The notes: generated from the sequence alone by a model not told the origin. 64,000 nt of DNA from an uncultured Candidatus Saccharibacteria bacterium (GCA_964537815.1 CAZIDJ010000002.1:996-64995), one strand, 5' to 3'. Positions 46,012 to 55,757 are shown, counted from the stretch's first letter. A program made the numbers and translations.

Positions 46012-47294
46012 TGGACCGTCTTGCAAGCCGCATAAAACCACAGGGTAGTGGCGTCCGCAAGCACCGCGCCGACTATCAAATTGTTTTGTTTATGGGTATG
46101 CTCATGCTGTTAGGGTTGATTGTTATGTATGCGATCGGACCACAGCGTGCGCACGTGCTCAATTCATCGTACGGCACTGATTTCTACTCGGGCACCTACT
46201 TTTTTGTTAAGCAAACAGTTAGTTTGCTTCTAGCACTGGTAGCGTTTTTTGTTATGGCCAAGGTGCCGTACCGTTTCTTGCAAAAATATGCTTGGCAATT
46301 GTTGCTGGCGGGCTTTGCCGCATCAGCCCTATTGGTGCTGGTAGGGAATATCGGTAACAGCGGGTTGGCACAGTGTAGTCTTGGGGCATGCCGATGGTTT
46401 AATTTAGGCCCTTTAGGAAGTCTGCAGCCTGCTGAATTTTTGAAATTTGCACTGCTTATCTTTATGGCTGGATTTTTAGGTGCACGAGCACGAGAAGGCA
46501 AGGTGAACGATCTTCATGCAACGATCATACCAGTAGGGGTAATTTTGCTTGTAGCGGTGATATTTGTAATTGGATTTCAAAAAGATATGGGTACGGGTGC
46601 CGCGCTGTTATCGATCGTAGTTGCGATGATGTTTGCAGCGGGCATTGACCTACGGCTTGGGCTTATTGGAGCCGTCGTGTTAGTGCTTGCCGGCGTGCTT
46701 CTGATTATCATTGCACCTCACCGTATGGAACGCATCAGTACGTTTTTGGCAGGTGATACCACCAATGTAAGAGACGCTGACACCTATCACATTGCTCACG
46801 CCAAGATTGCCATTGGCAGTGGCGGATTGGTGGGTGTGGGTATTGGTAATAGCGTGCAGGCGACGGGCTATTTGCCAGAAGCAATCAATGACTCGGTATT
46901 TGCCATCATGGGTGAAACATTTGGATTTGTTGGGCTCGTGGTGATTCTTAGCTTGTTTGCTGCGCTGTTGCTACGCATTTTAAATGTCGCCGATCATTTG
47001 CCTGATATGACATCACGACTACTGGCAGTTGGTGTATTTGGTTGGCTTGGAGCGCATGTTGTTCTGAACGTGGCAGCTATGACGGGCTTGATACCGCTGA
47101 CTGGCATCACATTGCCGCTACTCAGCTTTGGCGGTACGAGCATGGTATTTATTGCCGGCGCAATAGGCATTGTTTTCCAGCTGTCGCGCTACACGCTACA
47201 TGAACTAGAGTCAGAAAGGAGCACGTCGTATGAGAATTCTCGTAGTCGGCGGGGGATCAGGCGGACACGTTACGCCAATCGCCGCGGTGCTTAA
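46011..47294 (+). CDS. ftsW: SEDS family peptidoglycan polymerase FtsW
   Basis: SEDS pattern (QPAEFLKFALLIF, SVFAIMGETFGFVG, PLTGITLPLLSFGGTS); TAATG overlap with the mraY stop. Confidence 0.9.
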   Translation: MDRLASRIKPQGSGVRKHRADYQIVLFMGMLMLLGLIVMYAIGPQRAHVLNSSYGTDFYSGTYFFVKQTVSLLLALVAFFVMAKVPYRFLQKYAWQLLLAGFAASALLVLVGNIGNSGLAQCSLGACRWFNLGPLGSLQPAEFLKFALLIFMAGFLGARAREGKVNDLHATIIPVGVILLVAVIFVIGFQKDMGTGAALLSIVVAMMFAAGIDLRLGLIGAVVLVLAGVLLIIIAPHRMERISTFLAGDTTNVRDADTYHIAHAKIAIGSGGLVGVGIGNSVQATGYLPEAINDSVFAIMGETFGFVGLVVILSLFAALLLRILNVADHLPDMTSRLLAVGVFGWLGAHVVLNVAAMTGLIPLTGITLPLLSFGGTSMVFIAGAIGIVFQLSRYTLHELESERSTSYENSRSRRGIRRTRYANRRGA

Positions 47295-48393
47295 TGCACT
47301 TGAACTAACAAGTCATGACGAAGTTAGATTCTGGTGTGATACAGGCTTTAGAGCGCAAAGTGAAACAATGATGGCACGAGTAAAAGCGCCGGTGCGCATA
47401 GAGACAATCTGCGCTGGAAAATTGCGTCGATATAACTCACTGACTGCCTGGCAGCATCTCACTCAATTTCGGGCTATTGTATGGCCAAATATTCGTGATG
47501 GTGTGAAAGTCGCAGTGGGCGTGGTGCAGAGTTTTTGCAAGCTGCTCATTTGGCGCCCGGATGTTGTGTTTTGCAAGGGCGGGTTTGTGTGTTTACCTGT
47601 TGGTGTGGCAGCACGTGTGCTCCGCATCCCACTTATTATTCACGATTCTGATGCGCATCCAGGATTAACAAATCGTATCTTAGCTAAGTGGGCTACAAAA
47701 ATTGCCACTGGCGCGCCGCTTGAGAACTACTATTACCCAGCACACAAAGCCGTATTTGTCGGAATCCCTATCGATGAGCAGTTTACACCGCCATCGAAGC
47801 AAGCACAGCAGACTGCTAAAGCACATTTGGGATTTGATAGTGATGCGCCCCTCACGCTTATCACTGGAGGTGGTTTGGGGTCAAATGACATGAATATGGC
47901 GGTCGTCGCTACACTCGAACAGCTTCTTGTTAGCACACAGGTGCTACTTATAACGGGAATGCACAACTATGAATCGGTGCATAAGGCTACGAAGCATTTG
48001 CAGACACCTCGGCTCCAGGTGCATGGATTTTTGAGCGAAACGATGATTGATGCAATGCAGGCTGCCGATGTCGTAGTGAGTCGAGCGGGTGCTACCGCAC
48101 TATTTGAATTATCGGCGTTGGCAAAACCGACAATTTTAGTACCCAATCCTTACTTAGCGGGGGGGCATCAAATAAAGAATGCCAAGATGTACGAAAAAGC
48201 TCAAGCAGCTGTTGTGGTAGATGATGGCGCTATGAATGAAAACCCTGAAATTTTGCTGCGCAGTATTACGGAACTGTGCAACAATCGCGAGAAGCAACAG
48301 CAACTTAGCGCGGCAATCCATCGCTTTGCCAAACCAAATGCCGCCAAAGACGTAGCCAAGCTGATCCGTAGCAGTAAGGTGCGTGCAAAATAA
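47230..48393 (+). CDS. murG: UDP-GlcNAc:lipid I N-acetylglucosaminyltransferase
   Basis: ILVVGGGSGGHVTP, ITGGGLGS, VVSRAGATALFEL; overlaps the ftsW tail by 65 nt. Confidence 0.9.
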   Translation: MRILVVGGGSGGHVTPIAAVLNALELTSHDEVRFWCDTGFRAQSETMMARVKAPVRIETICAGKLRRYNSLTAWQHLTQFRAIVWPNIRDGVKVAVGVVQSFCKLLIWRPDVVFCKGGFVCLPVGVAARVLRIPLIIHDSDAHPGLTNRILAKWATKIATGAPLENYYYPAHKAVFVGIPIDEQFTPPSKQAQQTAKAHLGFDSDAPLTLITGGGLGSNDMNMAVVATLEQLLVSTQVLLITGMHNYESVHKATKHLQTPRLQVHGFLSETMIDAMQAADVVVSRAGATALFELSALAKPTILVPNPYLAGGHQIKNAKMYEKAQAAVVVDDGAMNENPEILLRSITELCNNREKQQQLSAAIHRFAKPNAAKDVAKLIRSSKVRAK

Positions 48394-48429
48394 GGTCGGC
48401 CCCTGTACAATAGTGCTAGAGCTTTGATA

Positions 48430-49371
48430 ATGAAAAAACTATTTGGTAAAAAACCTGCTGAAGATATGCCGCGTCGGCGGTCATTTGATGATGTCGCCAA
48501 GCAGTCAGATGTTGAAGTGCCAGCACTTCCTACCTATCGGCGCAATCGTACCATTACAGGTAGCTCATCGGCTCAGGTCGCGAGCAGTAACGAGTTGAAC
48601 GCCGAGCTACGTTCACCGCGTGCGCATGTACACCATTTATCACGACGCCGCCGAACGGTGTTTGGGCATTTTACGCTTGCACTATTGGCCGGACTAGGCC
48701 TCTACATTTTAATGAGTCAAATGATCGCTTCGGTGGCAGTGAGTGCTGGTTCGGCTACTTTACTACCAGAACGTCAAGCGCAGTATACAAACAAAATTAC
48801 AAGTTACTTTGAACGGAACCCACTTGAGCGACTACTGTTTAACGTCAGCGAAGAAAAATTGCTGCGCTATGTGGCCAGCGAGTACCCTGAGATTTCAAAA
48901 GTACATCTCGATACAAGCGGCATCTTTGGGCGCGCACAGGCCTATATAAGCTTGCGTACACCTATTGCCAAGTGGTCCCTGCGCGGAGTCAACGAATTTG
49001 TTGACCAGCAAGGCGTAGTATTTGCCTACAATGGCTACGCCGCACCCACTTTGCAGATTGTCGATTCTACCGGTGCAACAACAGCCAGTGGCTTAGTCAC
49101 CAGCAACCGATTTCTGGCATTTGTGGGACGCGTCGTTGGTGCTGTTAAATCTCAAGGCTATACCGTTACTGAAGCAACCATCCCTCCGCTTACTACTCGT
49201 CAACTTGAGGTAAAAGTAGACGGCGTGCCATACCGTATAAAGTTTACGCTGGACCGATCAGCGGGTGAGCAGGCCGAAGATATGGCACGCACTATCACAT
49301 TCCTAAAGGGGAAGGGAGCAAGTCCAGCATATCTCGATGTTCGCGTTGAAGGCAGGGCAGTCTACAAGTGA
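48430..49371 (+). CDS. ftsQ: FtsQ-like cell division protein (POTRA)
   Basis: Basic cytoplasmic N-terminus, one TM helix and a periplasmic POTRA-like domain; position after murG. The track start is TTG 48424. Confidence 0.65.
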   Translation: MKKLFGKKPAEDMPRRRSFDDVAKQSDVEVPALPTYRRNRTITGSSSAQVASSNELNAELRSPRAHVHHLSRRRRTVFGHFTLALLAGLGLYILMSQMIASVAVSAGSATLLPERQAQYTNKITSYFERNPLERLLFNVSEEKLLRYVASEYPEISKVHLDTSGIFGRAQAYISLRTPIAKWSLRGVNEFVDQQGVVFAYNGYAAPTLQIVDSTGATTASGLVTSNRFLAFVGRVVGAVKSQGYTVTEATIPPLTTRQLEVKVDGVPYRIKFTLDRSAGEQAEDMARTITFLKGKGASPAYLDVRVEGRAVYK

Positions 49372-49394
49372 TCCTACCCGCCCTAGTGGATGGT

Positions 49395-49412
49395 GTTCTA
49401 TTTTTGTTCTAT
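49395..49412 (+). repeat. 18-nt direct repeat, copy 1 (GTTCTATTTTTGTTCTAT)
   Basis: Identical to 49983-50000; internally a GTTCTAT repeat with 11-nt phasing. Confidence 0.9.
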
Positions 49413-49444
49413 TTATGAAAAAAAATATATAAAAATACAAAAAC

Positions 49445-49460
49445 GAAAAAATGCAAATAG
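49445..49460 (+). repeat. 16-nt direct repeat, copy 1 (GAAAAAATGCAAATAG)
   Basis: Identical to 49499-49514. Confidence 0.9.
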
Positions 49461-49498
49461 TAGGGAACATCGAAAAAGAGTAGTGGGGGAATAAAATA

Positions 49499-49514
49499 GA
49501 AAAAATGCAAATAG
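49499..49514 (+). repeat. 16-nt direct repeat, copy 2 (GAAAAAATGCAAATAG)
   Basis: Identical to 49445-49460, 54 nt apart. Confidence 0.9.
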
Positions 49515-49982
49515 CTGTGAAAACCAACGTGATTTGTGGAAAACTGTGCAGCGACACGCGCGTCACGTTGTAGAAAATGACAACACTGGCTCACGTGTGC
49601 GGGTATGGAGTCAAGCTAGTAGATATAACTGCAGTGAGCTACAGAATGTAAGTAAGTAGTACTTAAACTTGTGATAGTATCGGCATATCGCCAAAAACTC
49701 CCCCGTTTGGGATGTATAGTGAATCATCTTTGTGGCCATATTCTAATGACGTAAAAGAAACATTGTGCGACGTATAATCTATCGAACGAATTTAGTACAT
49801 AGTGCGCTGCCCTTGCATGTATTCACGCCCTATTTTTCTAGCTTTGTGCTCTTCTCGCTTATTTGTATGTGCGTTCTCCTATTTTGCTTGCATAGTTTTA
49901 AATTTTATGTGCCTACACGCAATTTTTCTTATGCGTATATATACATGTCTAATCTGTGCCACCTCTGGTAACATTCGATCAA

Positions 49983-50000
49983 GTTCTATTTTTGTTCTAT
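49983..50000 (+). repeat. 18-nt direct repeat, copy 2 (GTTCTATTTTTGTTCTAT); an additional GTTCTAT lies at 50023-50029
   Basis: Identical to 49395-49412. Confidence 0.9.
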
Positions 50001-50040
50001 ATTGTATTACAGAGGCAAACTAGTTCTATAACAGGGGTCG

Positions 50041-51921
50041 CTACAACTCAACGTAGGTGCTCATCTGTATCGTCGTGTTTGGAGGCAATCGGTAGTAATC
50101 ACTCGCGTTCATGGCGTTACGGGCCATAAACAAGTATAGGTGCTTTTGCAAGCCGGGCATCACAGTATTGGCTTCGATAACTGGTTTCTGCTGTGACACG
50201 AAGTATGTTGCAGTGTACGGATTAAAATCAACCTCAGAACTGTACATACGGGCCTGTTCGAGTGCTTTGGGTACATTAGGTTGGTCCTTAAAGCCAAACT
50301 GCAGTGTAACATGACTTATGCCGTCGGATTGGTTTTGCAAATCATCGAACTTGACCTGCTGAGTATTTGGTACATGGGGTTGGTGGAGTGTTTCTACCGT
50401 AACAACAACGACTTTTTCGTGGAGTTCATGCAGCTGATGAGCACTTGCTTCAAGGGCAAGGGGTGCAAATCCGTTGTGACTACCCAAGTACACCGCATGG
50501 CCGGGGAGGCGGGCGAGCTTCTTCCCTTTGATCGATCGAGCAAAATCCTCAAGTGGCTGCTCCTTTCGATGACGCTCACGGGTAACAATTTGGTGGCCGC
50601 GCACCCAGGTGATAAGCAAGACGCCAGTGATGGCAGCAATACCGAGTGGCAGCCAACCGCCAGAGATGAGCTTCGTGCTGGTAGATGCAACAAACAGGCC
50701 GTCAATAGCCAGGAAAGATACCGCTAGACTACTGGTCGTTAGGAGGTTTGCCTGTTTCACGCGAGCTAATACCGCAACGAAAAGTAGAGTATCAACAAGC
50801 AGCGCGCCACTTACTGCCACACCGTATGCGTTGGCAAGTTTAGCGCTCGATCCGAATAGTATGACAATCATACATACGATTCCACCTAGTAGCCAGTTGA
50901 GCACAGGAATGTATACCTGCCCTTCTGTTTTGGTTGAAGTATACCGTACAAGCATTCTTGGTGCGTACCCAAGCTGAATTGCCTGGTGTGTCAATGAGAA
51001 TGCTCCTGCTATGACCGCTTGGGATGCGATTACTGTGGCTAGTGTAGCAATTATTACTACAAATGGCTGCACAGCTTCAGGGTACAGCAGGTAAAACGTG
51101 CTGTGAATGGCCCCGGGGTTCGAAAGCAGTAGAGCTCCCTGCCCCATGTAGTTTGCGAGTAGTGCGGGAAACACCACCAGGAACCATGCGCGCCAAATTG
51201 CTGGCCGACCAAAGTGCCCCATATCTGCATACAGTGCTTCAGCGCCAGTGACGGCTAGTACAACTGCGCCCAGCACAATGAAGCTGGCAAATGGGTAGGA
51301 CGCAATGAATATCACAGCTGGGTGTGGCAGCAAGGCTTCTAAAATACCAGGATGTTGAACAATATGTGCTACTCCTCCGAGTCCCATTATCGCCAGCCAT
51401 AGCACCATGATAGGCCCAAAAAGCCGTCCAATTGCCCCACTTCCACGTGACTGCAAAATAAAAAGCCCCGCTAAAATTGCGAGCGTACTTGGCACCACCC
51501 ATGCGCTCAGACCAGGTTGGACCAGTTGGATCCCTTCTACAGCTGAAAGCACTGATATGGCGGGCGTGATAACGCTATCACCGTAGAATAGCGCCATGCC
51601 AGCCAGACCTACGGTTACGAGGAGCCACTTATTCTTGGGGTGCATAGACGCCTTTTGGAGCAGTGCCACTAAAGCTATGATGCCCCCTTCACCTCTGTTG
51701 TCTATACGCATAATGCCCATGAGGTATTTAACCGACACAACAAGAATGAGTGCCCAGACGATGAGCGAGATAACTCCATAGATTGTAGTGTGAGTGAGCG
51801 GTAGCTTGCCGGCCCCGAATGCTGCCGGCAGTACATAAAGCGGACTAGTGCCGATATCACCAAATACGACGCCAATTGCACCCAGGACTAGACTGGCGCG
51901 AGTTGCCTTCCCCACTTTCAT
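50041..51921 (-). CDS. kup: KUP/HAK/KT family potassium transporter
   Basis: GVVFGDIGTSPLYV signature, 12 TM helices and a cytoplasmic C-terminal domain. Confidence 0.95.
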   Translation of the reverse strand: MKVGKATRASLVLGAIGVVFGDIGTSPLYVLPAAFGAGKLPLTHTTIYGVISLIVWALILVVSVKYLMGIMRIDNRGEGGIIALVALLQKASMHPKNKWLLVTVGLAGMALFYGDSVITPAISVLSAVEGIQLVQPGLSAWVVPSTLAILAGLFILQSRGSGAIGRLFGPIMVLWLAIMGLGGVAHIVQHPGILEALLPHPAVIFIASYPFASFIVLGAVVLAVTGAEALYADMGHFGRPAIWRAWFLVVFPALLANYMGQGALLLSNPGAIHSTFYLLYPEAVQPFVVIIATLATVIASQAVIAGAFSLTHQAIQLGYAPRMLVRYTSTKTEGQVYIPVLNWLLGGIVCMIVILFGSSAKLANAYGVAVSGALLVDTLLFVAVLARVKQANLLTTSSLAVSFLAIDGLFVASTSTKLISGGWLPLGIAAITGVLLITWVRGHQIVTRERHRKEQPLEDFARSIKGKKLARLPGHAVYLGSHNGFAPLALEASAHQLHELHEKVVVVTVETLHQPHVPNTQQVKFDDLQNQSDGISHVTLQFGFKDQPNVPKALEQARMYSSEVDFNPYTATYFVSQQKPVIEANTVMPGLQKHLYLFMARNAMNASDYYRLPPNTTIQMSTYVEL

Positions 51922-51942
51922 ATTCGTAGTATAACAAAAGCA

Positions 51943-54624
51943 CTAGCGCAGTGACAGTAGCGTGTCGTCTTTTGATGACGCGGCTTTCGGCGCTTGTGGC
52001 GGCGTTGAAGGAGTTTCCTCGGTGCTAGATGGTTTCTTCTTGCGACTTCGCGTGCGCTTTTTCTTCGGGGGTGCATCAGGAGCTGAAGTAGCAGTCTGCG
52101 CCGGGCTAGGATCTGGACCGCCCGGTGTTACAACGTTAGTGTGTGCATTGATTGGCCAGTTTGCCGCCTGAGCGTTACTCTGCGGAGTAGGTTTTTGGCT
52201 GCCACCCATCATTAGTTCAGATATCTCAGCTTCAACTTCTGCCCTGTCACGACTGTATCGATGGCGTGTTTGTTCAATAATATGGGGCGTATTGTTAGCC
52301 TGCGCTGGCGGCAAATTGAGCGTGCGACCGCTAAATGCCGGAGTTTTCTCACCGCCAATCACCATGTTGATAACAAAATTTCGATTATGCATTTGAAGGA
52401 GGTCGAGTGCTTCAAAATTTGGCTCAAACTGTTTTGAAAGTATAGGTGCATCATCAGCTGATACGCGGAAGCAAATCATGGTTCCAACGTTGCCAAACAC
52501 CGCATCGCGCACTGTTTCAGACATCTGGCTAATGTACTGGTTGGCCACTGTCAAATTGAGCCCATACTTGCGCGCTTCAGATAAAATAGTCGCAAAACTA
52601 TCGGTGGCAAAGTTCTGAAACTCATCAACATATAGATAGAATGGGCGTCGATCTTCGATGTTTGGGATGTCCTGACGGCTCATAGCGGCAAGTTGGATTT
52701 TGGTGACCAAAAACGAACCAAGGATTGCAGCGTTATCTTCACCAATCAAACCCTTCGAAAGATTGACAATCAAAATTTTGCCCTCGTCCATAATTTGGCG
52801 AATGTTGAAAGTGCTTTTTGGCTGGCCAATGATGTTACGAATAACTGGGTTGGCGGTAAATGCCCCAACCTTGTTGAGTACTGGCGCGATGGCCTCGGCT
52901 TGGAACTTGTCATTCCAGCTGGCAAACTCGATGTTCCAAAACTGCAGTACCACTGTATCAGTACAGGTTGCCAGGACCTCTTTGCGAAACTTCTTGTCGG
53001 TGAGCATGCGAGTGATATCAAGCATCGTGGTGTTGGGGTGGTCGAGCAGTGCCAAAATAGTGTAGCGCAAAATGTACTCCAAACGTGGCCCCCAGCTTTC
53101 ACCAAACATGCGCTTTAATACGCCAATCACCTCTGATGAAATATTGGTTTTTTGGTTTTCATCGGTTACTTCGAGTGGATTAAATCCGAGCGGGTGCGCT
53201 GTGTCCGCCGGATTAAAGTACACCACGTCATCAATTCTGCTACCAGGTATGAATTTCATGTTATTGACGGCAAAATCGCCGTGCGGGTCAATAATAGCGT
53301 AGCCGTGATTGTGAAAAACATCGCTGAGTGCGAAGAGTTCTAACAGACCGCTCTTCCCTGCTCCAGTTTGTCCAATGATATATACATGTCGCGAGCGGTC
53401 GTAGCGCAGCATGCCAAACTGGTGCGATATGCCTCGGAAATTAGTAATACCAAAGGCCGAAATATTCTCGTCGATTGCATCGTTACCGGTAATAACCGGC
53501 AGCTTTGAAGGCGGTTCAGCTGTTTTACTACTTGCCCACACGATGTTTGGTGTTTCTACGTTCGTGTGCGGCAAATGGAAAACACTGGCCAGCTCTTCGA
53601 TATTGAGTACAAAGCCTTTATCGGTGAAACTCCTGGAAGTATAGCTTGCTAATGCTTCTTTGTTGAAACTGGCACCGTAAGCTTTAAACCCGTTCAGGTT
53701 GGTGCTGTTAAACTGCTTGAACGTACCAACAATCGCTTGCATCTGCAGCTTAGCGTTGGTTTCGCTTTCACCCAAATACGCCAGGCGAATTTTTACTTGG
53801 TAGCCAAGTTTTGTGGCCTTTTTTTCGGCTTCAGCTATGCGAGTTTTTTCTCGTTCTGATAGTATTTTTTCACCTGTTGCTGTGGTGCCTTGTTCTGGCG
53901 GTTTCCATAGTGCTTCAAAAAAGCTTGCGAGCCAACGGCCGTCTATGCTGCCGCCGCCAAACAACGCATTGAAGGGGTTGCCACCCTTCACCGATTGTAT
54001 CCAGCGATCGCTCGCACGGTGCCATTCATCGGCAATCGGCCGGACCAACACTTGCACCCATAGTTCTTCACCGGTGCTCTCTAGCTTAGCAAGTGTTCCG
54101 GTGATGCCAGCAAGCGGGTCGACTTCAAAGCTCTGAAATGTCTTGATTGGCAAAAATTCGCTTTCAGTTAAGCGAATTTCATTCGTATAAATAACACGGT
54201 GTTGGCGTTCATGCGATGTGTAGTCTTCATCGGCAGCGTGAATTTGTACCGTTGGGTACTGCGAGTAAATTTGACCCTCGACAAAGCCCTGCAGAGCCTT
54301 TGGAACCCATACATAAAACCGTATTTGCCCGTTTACGCTGGCAATTTCAAAGCTCAAATGTTCTTGCACGCCGCGTGCACGGCGAAGCTCTGACTTATCA
54401 CGCAAAATACCGTGCAAACTCGCAAATAATTGTTCGGCGGCTAGCTCAGATTTATCATTAGCCTTTGGGATTTCGAGTACTAATAACGTGCTTTCAATCG
54501 GTCCAACCTGTTGTAGCTCGGCTTTTTGAAAATTACGCCACGCCAAGCCAAGCAAGACCAGCGTGAGTGGAATCCAGATGTACCACTGGAGTAATAGTTC
54601 AAGTAGTGCCGAAAAAATGCCCAT
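51943..54624 (-). CDS. membrane-anchored TraD/VirD4/TraG-like (coupling-protein-type) P-loop ATPase with a large N-terminal domain of unknown function and a Pro/Ala/Lys-rich tail
   Basis: N-terminal TM helix, Walker A GQTGAGKSG, Walker B FYLYVDEFQNF, and SEARKYGLNLTVANQYISQ (TraG-D_C-like); 893 aa. Confidence 0.7.
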   Translation of the reverse strand: MGIFSALLELLLQWYIWIPLTLVLLGLAWRNFQKAELQQVGPIESTLLVLEIPKANDKSELAAEQLFASLHGILRDKSELRRARGVQEHLSFEIASVNGQIRFYVWVPKALQGFVEGQIYSQYPTVQIHAADEDYTSHERQHRVIYTNEIRLTESEFLPIKTFQSFEVDPLAGITGTLAKLESTGEELWVQVLVRPIADEWHRASDRWIQSVKGGNPFNALFGGGSIDGRWLASFFEALWKPPEQGTTATGEKILSEREKTRIAEAEKKATKLGYQVKIRLAYLGESETNAKLQMQAIVGTFKQFNSTNLNGFKAYGASFNKEALASYTSRSFTDKGFVLNIEELASVFHLPHTNVETPNIVWASSKTAEPPSKLPVITGNDAIDENISAFGITNFRGISHQFGMLRYDRSRHVYIIGQTGAGKSGLLELFALSDVFHNHGYAIIDPHGDFAVNNMKFIPGSRIDDVVYFNPADTAHPLGFNPLEVTDENQKTNISSEVIGVLKRMFGESWGPRLEYILRYTILALLDHPNTTMLDITRMLTDKKFRKEVLATCTDTVVLQFWNIEFASWNDKFQAEAIAPVLNKVGAFTANPVIRNIIGQPKSTFNIRQIMDEGKILIVNLSKGLIGEDNAAILGSFLVTKIQLAAMSRQDIPNIEDRRPFYLYVDEFQNFATDSFATILSEARKYGLNLTVANQYISQMSETVRDAVFGNVGTMICFRVSADDAPILSKQFEPNFEALDLLQMHNRNFVINMVIGGEKTPAFSGRTLNLPPAQANNTPHIIEQTRHRYSRDRAEVEAEISELMMGGSQKPTPQSNAQAANWPINAHTNVVTPGGPDPSPAQTATSAPDAPPKKKRTRSRKKKPSSTEETPSTPPQAPKAASSKDDTLLSLR

Positions 54625-54704
54625 AATTTTCTTTTTCTATTGTCCCACCTCTAGCGTGCGTTTGCAAGTGACTACTGCTGATGCAGTATGCATGCCGCCA
54701 GTAG

Positions 54705-55757
54705 TTACTTTGTTTCTGCAAGTGTATAGGTTGCTTTCGAAACGCGTTTGAACTGTGGCTTGCTCTGCAGGTTCAACAGAATAGTCGTTTCCTTCACTTG
54801 GCGGCTTTTTAGAACCCGCTTGACAATCTCATCGCGGTGAAGTGGCTCACCAGCCTTCTTTAGTACATCAGTAATGATATCGCTTACTGTACCCTTGCTA
54901 TAGCCCCAAGCATCAAGCGCGTAAATACCGCGGCCAATTAACACAAAGCGCTTGTCTTTGATAAGTTCATTGTGAATCGCCTGCGTGGTAACGTCTTTTC
55001 GCTTAAAGTCGCTTCCCTTTATGCTCTTTGCGATTTCACTAAAGTGCATTGGCTTGCCGTTTTCGGCCAAAATAACATAAATTTTATCGCGAATGTTCTT
55101 TGGGTTCACCGTCGGCCACTTCGTAAGGCCCCACATGTCTTTGAGATGTGCCAGTTTTTTGCTGATGCTGGCGAGCGCCCGTACGTGGTCAGGGTGTTCG
55201 TAGTTTAGCTTGCCGTGTAGATCTTCGCCACTAATTGGTTCGCCGTGAGTTTTGATAGTCTTTAGGATTGTATCAACACCAGCTCGCAGCTTTTTTTCGT
55301 CGCCGTGTTCGGCAATACCTACACCATGGTGATAGGTGTCGTTTTCGTTTACAACTGTAAGCTTTGGTGATAGTTCAGCCAAAAATGCTACACGAGCGCG
55401 CTCAAGGCTGTCGCTCGTCTTGCCAACGACGCGATCGGCTAAATCACTTACGCGAGCAACGCGACCATTTTCAGACAAGTGACGAACGAGTGTGCGCTCA
55501 GCGTCACGAATTGCAGGAACTTTGCCATCTTCGGCAGCAATCTTAAGACGAATCAGAATGGCTTTTTCAAGCTGACGAACACGCTCACGAGTAATCCCAA
55601 GCAGCTCACCAATTTGTTCGAGCGTTTCTTTGCGATCAAACAGACCAAAACGTCGGGTTATAATTTCACGCTCGCGGTCTTGCTCGACAATTGTAAGCAC
55701 ATCATCAACAGCCATCTTCAGCTCATTTGCTGCGCTTTGTTGTACGTCTTCGCTCAT
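54705..55757 (-). CDS. sigma-70 region-4-like HTH fused to tandem HARE-HTH domains
   Basis: REREIITRRFGL...TLEQIGELLGITRERVRQLEKAILIRL (region 4). Repeated HARE-HTH pattern (ILAENGKPMHFSEIAKSI...DKRFVLIGRGIYALDAWG; VLKKAGEPLHRDEIVKRV...FKRVSKATYTL). Confidence 0.7.
   Translation of the reverse strand: MSEDVQQSAANELKMAVDDVLTIVEQDREREIITRRFGLFDRKETLEQIGELLGITRERVRQLEKAILIRLKIAAEDGKVPAIRDAERTLVRHLSENGRVARVSDLADRVVGKTSDSLERARVAFLAELSPKLTVVNENDTYHHGVGIAEHGDEKKLRAGVDTILKTIKTHGEPISGEDLHGKLNYEHPDHVRALASISKKLAHLKDMWGLTKWPTVNPKNIRDKIYVILAENGKPMHFSEIAKSIKGSDFKRKDVTTQAIHNELIKDKRFVLIGRGIYALDAWGYSKGTVSDIITDVLKKAGEPLHRDEIVKRVLKSRQVKETTILLNLQSKPQFKRVSKATYTLAETK

Noticed and set aside
49900-49965. dif (XerC/D) site candidates around TTTTATGTGCC and TTATGCGTATATATACATG
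   Set aside because: The best hand alignments match only 5-7 of 11 positions per arm of the proteobacterial or firmicute dif consensus. That is not convincing without a lineage-specific model.
49765-50023. ORFs 49765..49971 and 49802..50023 (hydrophobic peptides of 68 and 73 aa)
   Set aside because: They lie in AT-rich, repeat-bearing DNA, overlap each other in different frames, have no SD or -10-to-ATG arrangement, and have low-complexity Phe/Leu/Cys composition typical of translated AT-rich sequence.
49372-50040. CRISPR array, or oriC
   Set aside because: The repeats occur only twice each, have unequal spacing (54 nt and 588 nt), and show no repeat-spacer periodicity, so this is not a CRISPR array. 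An oriC is unlikely because flanking genes converge on the region rather than diverge from it, and no dnaA or dnaN is nearby. The DnaA-box-like sequences are imperfect.
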